Of a stretch of 32,000 bases of DNA, positions 12,338 through 21,779 are shown piece after piece; the first letter of the stretch is position 1; each line of letters begins with the position of its first letter. The position numbers and the translations under genes are program-made. This DNA comes from Escherichia coli. Lineage in GTDB: Bacteria; Pseudomonadota; Gammaproteobacteria; Enterobacterales; Enterobacteriaceae. Location of the stretch: NCBI RefSeq assembly GCF_031661015.1, contig NZ_CP134380.1; one strand, 5' to 3'. The notes under the pieces were generated by a model that was given only the letters and a program-made list of their open reading frames with translations, had not been told where the DNA came from and ran no database searches.

Positions 12338-12625
12338 ATTTTTTTCTCCGTGCTTAACGTTTTTGGTTGCGTTAACACTCTATAGGATTTTGCAGCCTTT
12401 ACTAGTTCATACCCAACCGGTCTTAGTAGGCATATTGAATTACAATCAGCTAATTAAGTTCCTCTACATCGAGGGTATAGTCGCATCAGCAACACGGAAC
12501 TCGCGCTCAAATTCTGCAAGATCCTGCTCAAGTGCAACGTAGTTTTCGCAACACAACCATGACGCCCTCAGCACTCTCTACCACATCGCAATGGCACGAA
12601 TACCCACACACTCATAACGTTTCGC

Positions 12626-12919
12626 TTATACCCCTACCCTCCCCCAAAACATCAATACCCGTTTCATCACGGCACTCTGGCGACACTCCTTGAAAATCAG
12701 GTTCGTGCTCACCTTTCCTTCCCGCTCCTCCCTGGTAGCGAACCGGTAATACACCGTTCGCCAGACCTTGCGATCAACGACCAGGATTCCTGCACGTGCC
12801 ATTTTAGCCGCGGCCTGATTTATGCTGGTTACTGTTGCGCCTGTTAGCGCGGCAACGTCCGGCGCACAGAAGCTATTATGCGTCCCCAGGTAATGAATAA
12901 TTGCCTCTTTGCCCGTCAT
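12626..12919 (-). CDS. ren: Ren protein (resistance to Rex exclusion) with a divergent C-terminus
   Basis: 97 aa MTGKEAIIHYLGTHNSFCAPDVAALTGATVTSINQAAAKMARAG...FKECRQSAVMKRVL, then MFWGRVGV instead of the recalled lambda tail AVYGVKR. Confidence 0.93.
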   Translation of the reverse strand: MTGKEAIIHYLGTHNSFCAPDVAALTGATVTSINQAAAKMARAGILVVDRKVWRTVYYRFATREEREGKVSTNLIFKECRQSAVMKRVLMFWGRVGV

Positions 12920-13617
12920 ACACTTGCTCCTTTCAGTCCGAACTTAGCTTTGAGTTCTGCGATCTTCGCCAGAGCCTGTGCACGATTTAGAGGTCTACCG
13001 CCCATGACAGGAAGTTGTTTTACTGGTTCAGGGATCGCCTCACCACGGTTAATTCTCGCAGTCATATGGACAAGCTCATCTGCGGCCTTACGGCGTAATT
13101 CCGCATCAGTAAGCGCATTGGCCCGCATGTTCTGATACAGGTTGGTAACCAGCCAGTAGTGCGCGTTTGATTTCCACGGATAAGACTCCGCATCCGGATA
13201 CAGGCCTCGCTTCCGGCAATACTCGTAAACCATATCAACCAGCTCGCTGACGTTTGGCAGTCCGGCGATAACGGATGCTTCTTCCCGGCACCATGCAACA
13301 AACTGCCCGGGTGATGGCAGAAATGGTCGATTCTGCCGACGGGCTACGCGCATTCCTGCGTTAACCTGTTCCATTGTGGTGATCCCGTTTTCCCGGAAAG
13401 CCAGAACCCACTGGCGGCGGATTTCGTTCAGTTCGTTCTGGTCACGGTTAGCCAGACTCGCCGGGAAAGTTGCCAGTAACTGGCTGAACACACCGTTGAT
13501 GATCTGCGCTACCTGCTGTACCTGCGGCTTTTCGTCGTACTGTTCCGGCATGTTGTTGGCGATCCTACGCATCTGCTCACGGTCAAAGTTAACCATCTGT
13601 GCGGCGATGTTTTTCAT
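12916..13617 (-). CDS. P: Replication protein P
   Basis: 233 aa MKNIAAQMVNFDREQMRRIANNMPEQYDEKPQVQQVAQIINGVFSQLLATFPAS..., lambda P. Confidence 0.97.
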   Translation of the reverse strand: MKNIAAQMVNFDREQMRRIANNMPEQYDEKPQVQQVAQIINGVFSQLLATFPASLANRDQNELNEIRRQWVLAFRENGITTMEQVNAGMRVARRQNRPFLPSPGQFVAWCREEASVIAGLPNVSELVDMVYEYCRKRGLYPDAESYPWKSNAHYWLVTNLYQNMRANALTDAELRRKAADELVHMTARINRGEAIPEPVKQLPVMGGRPLNRAQALAKIAELKAKFGLKGASV

Positions 13618-14513
13618 AGATCCACCCCGTAAATCCAGTCTGTGTTTGTCAGGTCGAGTTTTGGTTTGCTGGCTGTCACGACTGCCTGTTGCTTGTTACG
13701 GTTGATTTCGAGCTGGGTCCACTTGTCGCGGAGTTTGGCCGGGCTAAGCACGTTACCGGACCAGAAGTTGTCCTGGCATGCCCAGCGGAACAGCACGCAC
13801 ATGTCGCGGTGGTTACGTCCGTCACGTTCACGCATCAGGCGGATATCGTTAGCCCACCCTGCAAAATTCGGTTTTCTGGCTGATGGCGCGATGGTCTTCA
13901 CCATGTCAAACATCCACTCTGCGGCGGTCAGGTCTTCTGCTGTCCCCCACTTGCTGCCGCTCTGAATTGCAGCATCCGGTTTCACCACAGAAAGGTCGTT
14001 TTCTGGCTGGTCAGAGGATTCGCCAGAATTCTCTGACGAATAATATTTTCTTTTTTCTTTTGTAATAGTGTCTTTTGTGTCCCCCTGTTTTGAGGGATAG
14101 CAATCCCCCAATTTGAGGGATGTTTTATCCCTCGTTTTAGGGGATTTTCCCTCGTTTTGAGGGATGCACCATTCTGAGATGTTTTTGTTTGGTCCAAACA
14201 TGCCGCCTTGCTGCTTGATAATATTCATTCTGACGAGTTCTAACTTGGCTTCATTGCACCGTTTGACAGGTAACTTTGTAATCTCGCTAAGTTGAGAATC
14301 GGTGATTCTGTCCATTGGTTTATTCCACCCATAGGTTTTACGCAGAATGGCAAGCAGCACTTTAAACTGTCGCTTGGTCAGATCTGCGCCTGAATAAGCC
14401 TCAAGCAACATATTTGATAGTCTGGCGTAACCATCATCGAGATCTGCCACATTACGCTCCTGTCCGGCAAAGTTACCTCTGCCGAAGTTGAGTATTTTTG
14501 CTGTATTTGTCAT
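13614..14513 (-). CDS. O: Replication initiator protein O
   Basis: 299 aa MTNTAKILNFGRGNFAGQERNVADLDDGYARLSNMLLEAYSGADLTKRQFKVLLAILRKTYGW..., lambda O. Confidence 0.97.
   Translation of the reverse strand: MTNTAKILNFGRGNFAGQERNVADLDDGYARLSNMLLEAYSGADLTKRQFKVLLAILRKTYGWNKPMDRITDSQLSEITKLPVKRCNEAKLELVRMNIIKQQGGMFGPNKNISEWCIPQNEGKSPKTRDKTSLKLGDCYPSKQGDTKDTITKEKRKYYSSENSGESSDQPENDLSVVKPDAAIQSGSKWGTAEDLTAAEWMFDMVKTIAPSARKPNFAGWANDIRLMRERDGRNHRDMCVLFRWACQDNFWSGNVLSPAKLRDKWTQLEINRNKQQAVVTASKPKLDLTNTDWIYGVDL
14041..14165. promoter_or_regulatory. ori: Phage replication origin inside O: four 18-bp iterons plus AT-rich stretch
   Basis: Iterons at 14081-14098, 14104-14121, 14128-14145 and 14148-14165 (minus-strand consensus ATCCCTCAAAACGAGGGA); AT-rich tract about 14041-14070. 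Confidence 0.93.
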
Positions 14514-14523
14514 AATGACTCCT

Positions 14524-14600
14524 GTTGATAGATCCAGTAATGACCTCAGAATTCCATCTGGATTTGTTCAGAACGCTCGGTTGCCGCCGGGCGTTTTTTA
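14524..14600 (+). ncRNA. oop: OOP antisense RNA (77 nt), antisense to the cII 3' end
   Basis: gttgatagatccagtaatgacctcagaattccatctggatttgttcagaacgctcggttgccgccgggcgtttttta, matches lambda OOP as recalled, ending in a terminator hairpin. Confidence 0.93.
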
Positions 14601-14839
14601 TTGGTGAGAATCGAAGCAACTTGTCGTGCCAATCGAGCCATGTCGTCGTCAACGACACCCCATTCAAGAACAGCAAGCAGCATTGAGAACTTTGGAATCC
14701 AGTCCCTCTTCCACCTGCTGATCTGCGACTTATCAACGCCCACAGCTTCCGCTGTCTTCTCAGTTCCAAGCATTGCGATTTTGTTAAGCAACGCACTCTC
14801 GATTCGTAGAGCCTCGTTGCGTTTGTTTGCACGAACCAT
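14546..14839 (-). CDS. cII: Transcriptional activator CII
   Basis: 97 aa MVRANKRNEALRIESALLNKIAMLGTEKTAEAVGVDKSQISRWKRDWIPKFSMLLAVLEWGVVDDDMARLARQVASIL... Confidence 0.97.
   Translation of the reverse strand: MVRANKRNEALRIESALLNKIAMLGTEKTAEAVGVDKSQISRWKRDWIPKFSMLLAVLEWGVVDDDMARLARQVASILTNKKRPAATERSEQIQMEF
14817..14830 (+). promoter_or_regulatory. CII binding site of pRE
   Basis: TTGC-GTTTGT-TTGC direct repeat at the cII 5' end, as in lambda pRE. Confidence 0.85.
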
Positions 14840-14918
14840 ATGTAAGTATTTCCTTAGATAACAATTGATTGAATGTATGCAAATAAATGCATACACCATA
14901 GGTGTGGTTTAATTTGAT

Positions 14919-14950
14919 GCCCTTTTTCAGGGCTGGGATGTGTAAGAGCG
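14919..14950 (-). promoter_or_regulatory. nutR: nutR (boxA + boxB)
   Basis: Minus strand CGCTCTTAC (boxA, 14942-14950) and GCCCTGAAAAAGGGC (boxB, 14919-14933). Confidence 0.92.
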
Positions 14951-14958
14951 GGAATGTC

Positions 14959-16315
<1,357 letters not shown>

Positions 16316-16365
16316 TCCCCACCTCAATCTCGATAACCAAATAACAAACTATTTTCCGTTTAAAA

Positions 16366-16433
16366 ACAATGGAGTTTGTTTTTCATGCCCCTTTTTACAA
16401 TATTTCTTGTTTACAACATACAATCTTTCTTGT
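16366..16433. promoter_or_regulatory. 434-type left operators (OL1, OL2 and probable OL3) / pL
   Basis: ACAATGGAGTTTGT 16366-16379, ACAATATTTCTTGT 16397-16410, ACAATCTTTCTTGT 16420-16433. Confidence 0.88.
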
Positions 16434-16479
16434 AATTTTAAGCCATCAGCAGGACGCACTGACCACCATTGAAGGTGAT

Positions 16480-16509
16480 GCTCTTAAAAATTAAGCCCTG
16501 AAGAAGGAC
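16480..16509 (+). promoter_or_regulatory. nutL: nutL, with variant boxB GCCCTGAAGAAGGAC
   Basis: ctcttaaaaattaa (boxA region) followed by gccctgaagaaggac 16495-16509; canonical lambda boxB-left is GCCCTGAAGAAGGGC. Confidence 0.85.
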
Positions 16510-16667
16510 AGCATTCAAAGCAGAAGGCTTTGGGGTGTGTGATACGAAACGAAGCATTGGCCGGAAGTGCGAATCCGGATTAGCTGCAAATGAGCCAATC
16601 GTGGGGTGTTTTCGTTCAGGACTACGACTCACACACACCACCAAAGCTAACTGACAAGAGAATCCAG

Positions 16668-16991
16668 ATGGATGCACAAACACGCCGCCGCGAACGTCGC
16701 GCAGAGAAACAGGCTCAATGGAAAGCAGCAAATCCCCTGTTGGTTGGGGTAAGCGCAAAACCAGTTAACCGCCCTATTCTCTCGCTGAATCGCAAACCGA
16801 AATCACGAGTAGAAAGCGCACTGAATCCGATAGACCTTACGGTGCTGGCTGAATACCACGAACAGATTGAAAGCAACCTGCAACGTATTGAGCGCAAGAA
16901 TCATCGAGTTTGGTATAGCAAGCCAAGTGAGTTCGGTATAACTTGTCAAGGAAGACAAAAGGTTAAAGGGAAATCCATTCCATTGGCATGA
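16668..16991 (+). CDS. N: Early antitermination protein N
   Basis: 107 aa MDAQTRRRERRAEKQAQWKAANPLLVGVSAKPVNRPILSLNRKPKSRVESALNPIDLTVLAEYHEQIESNLQRIERKNHRVWYSKP...; arginine-rich motif intact. Confidence 0.96.
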   Translation: MDAQTRRRERRAEKQAQWKAANPLLVGVSAKPVNRPILSLNRKPKSRVESALNPIDLTVLAEYHEQIESNLQRIERKNHRVWYSKPSEFGITCQGRQKVKGKSIPLA

Positions 16992-17869
16992 GGTACGTAA
17001 TGAAGAAAATTGATTACAAGTCCATACCAAAACCAATAGACTCAGCATCAGAGCGAAAAAAACACAAAAAAGAGGCTGAAAAATTAGCAAATTATATCAG
17101 TTTTATTAGAAACAATGCTCACGGCGATGGCGACAGGAAGTTGCTTTCAGATGCCCGGACCCAAGCGTTCAGTATACTTCGTAAGCAGATGCAATATCGT
17201 CTTCATCCAGGCTACATAATTGAAATTCGCCCGACTGAAAGACAATTGTTCTTATTAAACTCTGTCTTTGACTTTGTAAACGTAGTTGGAGATCTTATCG
17301 ACAGGTCTGTAGATAAGGCTCCTGATACAAATAGTTTTCTTCTAACAAATAAAGAATACTTATATGGTAAATTTGGTATAAACGGATGGCAAAAATATGT
17401 ACGATTCTTACGTGCATTCGTTGATGCGTATAAAAATTCCGACATGATTTATACATATTTGCCTGGTGGTGATAATTGTACGCTTTCGGCAGACAATAGA
17501 ATATTCATACCTATACTTGGTCTTGGGCTGATTAATGCAGTAAATGAAAGAGATGTTATAATTGTTAAGCAGTGGCGAAAACATGAGGGATATAGATATC
17601 TGCCATGCTTTGATATATTAAAAATACAGAATAAATTCTATGTAAAAATTAAATATAAAGAAGATGTTTTCTTCCTCAGAAAAAACAAAGATCTTTTACA
17701 AGAACTTTCTGGGACAATAGATGTCATCGTAGGTTCTAGGTTTATAAAAGAACTGAAAGAAAGCAGGTCTTTCTCTCGTGTAGAGATAAGCGAGTCAGAG
17801 TTATGGGGTATATCAAATAATCCTGTAAACCACGCTCACCAACGAAATCCAAACAAAAAGTGGTCATAA
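16988..17869 (+). CDS. Uncharacterised 293-aa protein in the early-left operon, translationally overlapping N
   Basis: Long ORF, ATGA overlap with the N stop (16988-16991). No family recognised; AT-rich relative to neighbours. Confidence 0.8.
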   Translation: MRYVMKKIDYKSIPKPIDSASERKKHKKEAEKLANYISFIRNNAHGDGDRKLLSDARTQAFSILRKQMQYRLHPGYIIEIRPTERQLFLLNSVFDFVNVVGDLIDRSVDKAPDTNSFLLTNKEYLYGKFGINGWQKYVRFLRAFVDAYKNSDMIYTYLPGGDNCTLSADNRIFIPILGLGLINAVNERDVIIVKQWRKHEGYRYLPCFDILKIQNKFYVKIKYKEDVFFLRKNKDLLQELSGTIDVIVGSRFIKELKESRSFSRVEISESELWGISNNPVNHAHQRNPNKKWS

Positions 17870-17872
17870 CCC

Positions 17873-17893
17873 GCTCAGGCGGGTTTCATTTTC
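17873..17893 (+). terminator. Hairpin after the 293-aa ORF
   Basis: cccgctcaggcgggtttcatttt directly downstream of the 293-aa ORF stop. Confidence 0.55.
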
Positions 17894-18057
17894 ACGCAAA
17901 CAACAGAATAAACACTGCACTGTGTATTCATTCCAACGAGTGAATACACGGAGCAATGTCGCTCGTAACTAAACAGGAGTCGACTTGTTCTGATTATTGG
18001 AAATCTTCTTTGCCCTCCAGTGTGAGGTCGATTTTTTATCTATGAGGATATGAATAG

Positions 18058-18426
18058 ATGTCAAACATCAAAAAATACATCATTGATTACGACTGGAAAG
18101 CATCAATAGAAATTGAAATCGACCATGACGTAATGACAGAGGAAAAACTTCACCAGATTAATAATTTCTGGTCAGACTCTGAATACCGACTCAATAAACA
18201 CGGCTCTGTATTAAATGCTGTATTAATCATGCTGGCGCAACATGCTCTGCTTATAGCAATTTCAAGCGACTTAAATGCATATGGTGTTGTGTGTGAGTTC
18301 GACTGGAATGATGGAAATGGTCAGGAAGGATGGCCTCCAATGGATGGTAGCGAAGGAATAAGAATTACCGATATCGATACATCAGGAATATTTGATTCAG
18401 ATGATATGACTATCAAGGCCGCCTGA
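18058..18426 (+). CDS. ea10: Ea10 / lambda 'ssb'-like protein
   Basis: 122 aa MSNIKKYIIDYDWKASIEIEIDHDVMTEEKLHQINNFWSDSEYRLNKHGSVLNAVLIM..., lambda Ea10. Confidence 0.93.
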   Translation: MSNIKKYIIDYDWKASIEIEIDHDVMTEEKLHQINNFWSDSEYRLNKHGSVLNAVLIMLAQHALLIAISSDLNAYGVVCEFDWNDGNGQEGWPPMDGSEGIRITDIDTSGIFDSDDMTIKAA

Positions 18427-18498
18427 GTGCGGCTTTACCGCATACCAATAACGCTTCACTCGAGGCGTTTTTCGTTATGTATAAATAAGGAGCACACC

Positions 18499-18663
18499 AT
18501 GCAATATGCCATTGCAGGGTGGCCTGTTGCTGGCTGCCCTTCCGAATCTTTACTTGAACGAATCACCCGTAAATTACGTGACGGATGGAAACGCCTTATC
18601 GACATACTTAATCAGCCAGGAGTCCCAAAGAATGGATCAAACACTTATGGCTATCCAGACTAA
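18499..18663 (+). CDS. cIII: CIII regulatory protein
   Basis: 54 aa [54 protein letters not shown]. Confidence 0.96.
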   Translation: MQYAIAGWPVAGCPSESLLERITRKLRDGWKRLIDILNQPGVPKNGSNTYGYPD

Positions 18664-18775
18664 ATTCACTATCGCCACTTTTATTGGCGATGAAAAGATG
18701 TTTCGTGAAGCCGTCGACGCTTATAAAAAATGGATATTAATACTGAAACTGAGATCAAGCAAAAGCATTCACTAA
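18632..18775 (+). CDS. kil: Kil protein, host division inhibitor
   Basis: 47 aa [47 protein letters not shown]. Confidence 0.95.
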   Translation: MDQTLMAIQTKFTIATFIGDEKMFREAVDAYKKWILILKLRSSKSIH

Positions 18776-19146
18776 CCCCCTTTCCTGTTTTCCTAATCAG
18801 CCCGGCATTTCGCGGGCGATATTTTCACAGCTATTTCAGGAGTTCAGCCATGAACGCTTATTACATTCAGGATCGTCTTGAGGCTCAGAGCTGGGCGCGT
18901 CACTACCAGCAGATCGCCCGTGAAGAGAAAGAGGCAGAACTGGCAGACGACATGGAAAAAGGCCTGCCCCAGCACCTGTTTGAATCGCTATGCATCGATC
19001 ATTTGCAACGCCACGGGGCCAGCAAAAAAGCCATTACCCGTGCGTTTGATGACGATGTTGAGTTTCAGGAGCGCATGGCAGAACACATCCGGTACATGGT
19101 TGAAACCATTGCTCACCATCAGGTTGATATTGATTCAGAGGTATAA
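18730..19146 (+). CDS. gam: Gam, host RecBCD nuclease inhibitor
   Basis: 138 aa, lambda Gam. Confidence 0.97.
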   Translation: MDINTETEIKQKHSLTPFPVFLISPAFRGRYFHSYFRSSAMNAYYIQDRLEAQSWARHYQQIAREEKEAELADDMEKGLPQHLFESLCIDHLQRHGASKKAITRAFDDDVEFQERMAEHIRYMVETIAHHQVDIDSEV

Positions 19147-19151
19147 AACGG

Positions 19152-19937
19152 ATGAGTACAGCACTCGCAACGCTGGCTGGGAAGCTGGCTGAACGTGTCG
19201 GCATGGATTCTGTCGACCCACAGGAACTGATCACCACTCTTCGCCAGACGGCATTTAAAGGTGATGCCAGCGATGCGCAGTTCATCGCATTGCTGATCGT
19301 CGCCAACCAGTACGGTCTTAATCCGTGGACGAAAGAAATTTACGCCTTCCCTGATAAGCAGAACGGCATCGTTCCGGTGGTGGGCGTTGATGGCTGGTCC
19401 CGCATCATCAACGAAAACCAGCAGTTTGACGGCATGGACTTTGAACAGGACAACGAATCCTGCACATGCCGGATTTACCGCAAAGACCGCAATCATCCGA
19501 TCTGCGTTACCGAATGGATGGATGAATGCCGCCGCGAACCATTCAAAACCCGCGAAGGCAGAGAAATCACCGGACCGTGGCAGTCGCATCCCAAACGGAT
19601 GTTACGGCATAAAGCCATGATTCAGTGTGCCCGTCTGGCCTTCGGATTTGCGGGTATCTATGACAAGGATGAAGCCGAGCGCATTGTCGAAAATACCGCA
19701 TACACTGCAGAACGTCAGCCGGAACGCGACATCACTCCGGTTAACGATGAAACCATGCAGGAGATTAACACTCTGCTGATCGCCCTGGATAAAACATGGG
19801 ATGACGACTTATTGCCGCTCTGTTCCCAGATATTTCGCCGCGACATTCGCGCATCGTCAGAACTGACACAGGCCGAAGCAGTGAAAGCTCTTGGATTCCT
19901 GAAACAGAAAGCCACTGAGCAGAAGGTGGCATCATGA
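19152..19937 (+). CDS. bet: Beta single-strand annealing protein
   Basis: 261 aa [67 protein letters not shown]... Confidence 0.98.
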   Translation: MSTALATLAGKLAERVGMDSVDPQELITTLRQTAFKGDASDAQFIALLIVANQYGLNPWTKEIYAFPDKQNGIVPVVGVDGWSRIINENQQFDGMDFEQDNESCTCRIYRKDRNHPICVTEWMDECRREPFKTREGREITGPWQSHPKRMLRHKAMIQCARLAFGFAGIYDKDEAERIVENTAYTAERQPERDITPVNDETMQEINTLLIALDKTWDDDLLPLCSQIFRRDIRASSELTQAEAVKALGFLKQKATEQKVAS

Positions 19938-20614
19938 CACCGGACATTATCCTGCAGCGTACCGGGATCGACGTGAGAACTGTCGAACAGGGGGATGATG
20001 CATGGCACAAATTACGGCTCGGCGTCATCACCGCTTCAGAAGTTCACAACGTGATAGCAAAGCCCCGCTCAGGAAAGAAGTGGCCTGACATGAAAATGTC
20101 CTACTTCCACACCCTGCTGGCTGAGGTTTGCACCGGTGTGGCTCCGGAAGTTAACGCTAAAGCGCTGGCCTGGGGAAAACAGTACGAGAACGACGCCAGA
20201 ACCCTGTTTGAATTCACTTCCGGCGTGAATGTTACTGAATCCCCGATCATCTATCGCGACGAAAGTATGCGCACCGCCTGCTCTCCCGATGGTTTATGCA
20301 GTGACGGCAATGGCCTTGAGCTGAAATGCCCGTTTACCTCCCGGGATTTCATGAAATTCCGGCTCGGTGGTTTCGAGGCCATAAAGTCGGCTTACATGGC
20401 CCAGGTGCAGTACAGCATGTGGGTGACGCGAAAAGATGCCTGGTACTTTGCCAACTATGACCCGCGTATGAAGCGTGAAGGCCTGCATTATGTCGTGATT
20501 GAGCGGAATGAAAAGTACATGGCGAGTTTTGACGAGATGGTGCCGGAGTTCATCGAAAAAATGGACGAGGCACTGGCTGAAATTGGTTTTGTATTTGGGG
20601 AGCAATGGCGATGA
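19934..20614 (+). CDS. exo: Lambda exonuclease
   Basis: 226 aa [68 protein letters not shown]... Confidence 0.98.
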   Translation: MTPDIILQRTGIDVRTVEQGDDAWHKLRLGVITASEVHNVIAKPRSGKKWPDMKMSYFHTLLAEVCTGVAPEVNAKALAWGKQYENDARTLFEFTSGVNVTESPIIYRDESMRTACSPDGLCSDGNGLELKCPFTSRDFMKFRLGGFEAIKSAYMAQVQYSMWVTRKDAWYFANYDPRMKREGLHYVVIERNEKYMASFDEMVPEFIEKMDEALAEIGFVFGEQWR

Positions 20615-20793
20615 CGCATCCTCACGATAATATCCGGGTAGGCGCGATCACTTTCGTCTACTCCGTTACAAAGCGAGGCTGGGTATTTCCCGGCCTTTCT
20701 GTTATCAGAAATCCACTGAAAGCACAGCGGCTGGCTGAGAAGATAAATAATAAACGGGAGGCGGTATGCACAAAGCATCTCCTGTTGAGTTAA
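20611..20793 (+). CDS. Lambda orf60a-like protein (DUF1317)
   Basis: [48 protein letters not shown]..., 60 aa, overlaps exo. Confidence 0.85.
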   Translation: MTHPHDNIRVGAITFVYSVTKRGWVFPGLSVIRNPLKAQRLAEKINNKREAVCTKHLLLS

Positions 20794-20957
20794 GAACGAG
20801 TATTGAGATGGCACATAGCCTTGCTCAAATTGGAGTCAGGTTTGTGCCAATACCAGTAGAAACAGACGAAGAATTTCATACGTTAGCCACATCCCTTTCA
20901 CAAAAGCTGGAAATGATGGTGGCGAAAGCAGAAGCAGATGAGAGAGACCAGGTATGA
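20766..20957 (+). CDS. Lambda orf63-like protein (DUF1382)
   Basis: 63 aa [63 protein letters not shown]. Confidence 0.88.
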   Translation: MHKASPVELRTSIEMAHSLAQIGVRFVPIPVETDEEFHTLATSLSQKLEMMVAKAEADERDQV

Positions 20958-21037
20958 CAACCACTGAATGCATTTTTCTGGCAGCGGGCTTCATATTCTG
21001 TGTGCTTATGCTTGCCGACATGGGGCTTGTTCAGTGA
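20954..21037 (+). CDS. 27-aa hydrophobic small protein
   Basis: Manual translation: MTTTECIFLAAGFIFCVLMLADMGLVQ*. ATGA overlap with orf63-like; stop overlaps the next GTG start (GTGA). Confidence 0.5.
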   Translation: MTTTECIFLAAGFIFCVLMLADMGLVQ

Positions 21038-21249
21038 CACCTCAGCAAGAAAACGCCCTTCGCAGCATTGCCCGTCAGGCTAATTCTGAAATCAAAAAAG
21101 CCAGACAGCAGTTTCCGGATAAAAACGTCGATGACATTTGCCGTAGCGTACTGAAGAAGCACCGCGAAACAGTAACGCTGATGGGATTCACACCGACTCA
21201 TTTAAGCCTGGCGATCGGCATGTTAAACGGCGTCTTTAAGGAACGGTGA
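21034..21249 (+). CDS. Lambda early-left conserved small protein (GTG start)
   Basis: VTPQQENALRSIARQANSEIKKARQQFPDKNVDDICRSVLKKHRETVTLMGFTPTHLSLAIGMLNGVFKER; 71 aa. Confidence 0.75.
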   Translation: MTPQQENALRSIARQANSEIKKARQQFPDKNVDDICRSVLKKHRETVTLMGFTPTHLSLAIGMLNGVFKER

Positions 21250-21347
21250 ACATGAAAAGCAAAATCATCAGGGAGCTACAGGCTCCTTTTTTATTGTTCG
21301 CATTCACCCTCAAGCGTATTAACCAACAGTTCAGGGATTAATGAAAG

Positions 21348-21569
21348 ATGGCAGACATCATTGATTCAGCATCAGAAATAGAAGAATTACAGCGCAACAC
21401 AGCAATAAAAATGCGCCGCCTGAACTACCTGGCTGTATCTGCCACTCATTGTTGTGAGTGTGGCGATCCGATAGATGAACGAAGACGACTGGCCGTTCAG
21501 GGTTGTCGGACTTGTGCAAGTTGCCAGGAGGATCTGGAACTTATCAGTAAACAGAGAGGTTCGAAGTGA
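21348..21569 (+). CDS. TraR/DksA-type zinc finger protein (lambda Orf73-like)
   Basis: 73 aa MADIIDSASEIEELQRNTAIKMRRLNYLAVSATHCCECGDPIDERRRLAVQGCRTCASCQEDLELISKQRGSK; CxxC...CxxC. Confidence 0.9.
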   Translation: MADIIDSASEIEELQRNTAIKMRRLNYLAVSATHCCECGDPIDERRRLAVQGCRTCASCQEDLELISKQRGSK

Positions 21570-21666
21570 GCGAAATTAACTAGAAGCCAAAGATAAAATC
21601 ATCGCTGAGCAGGAGAAAATCGCTAACGGAGAAAAGACAGTAAGTCAGTATATGAAAACCGCATGA
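21566..21666 (+). pseudogene. Probable truncated Ea22-like gene remnant
   Basis: GTG overlapping the TraR stop starts VSEIN then TAG (21581-21583). In another frame the 3' piece reads AKDKIIAEQEKIANGEKTVSQYMKTA* (21586-21666). Confidence 0.5.
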
Positions 21667-21779
21667 TATCATCAGATAAAAATCGATCGTAAAGCGAAAT
21701 ATTAATACCAGAATAAGCGAGTCGAGGTAAATTATATTACCTCGATAAATTAACTAAAACTTGCCCGCTATATACTATC

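Noticed and set aside
14081-14165. Four short repeats considered as a CRISPR array
   Set aside because: 18-bp imperfect palindromic repeats with 2-6 bp gaps inside gene O are the lambda-type origin iterons.
16438-16758. Minus-strand 106-aa ORF opposite N leader
   Set aside because: Antisense across nutL and the N leader; no coding evidence.
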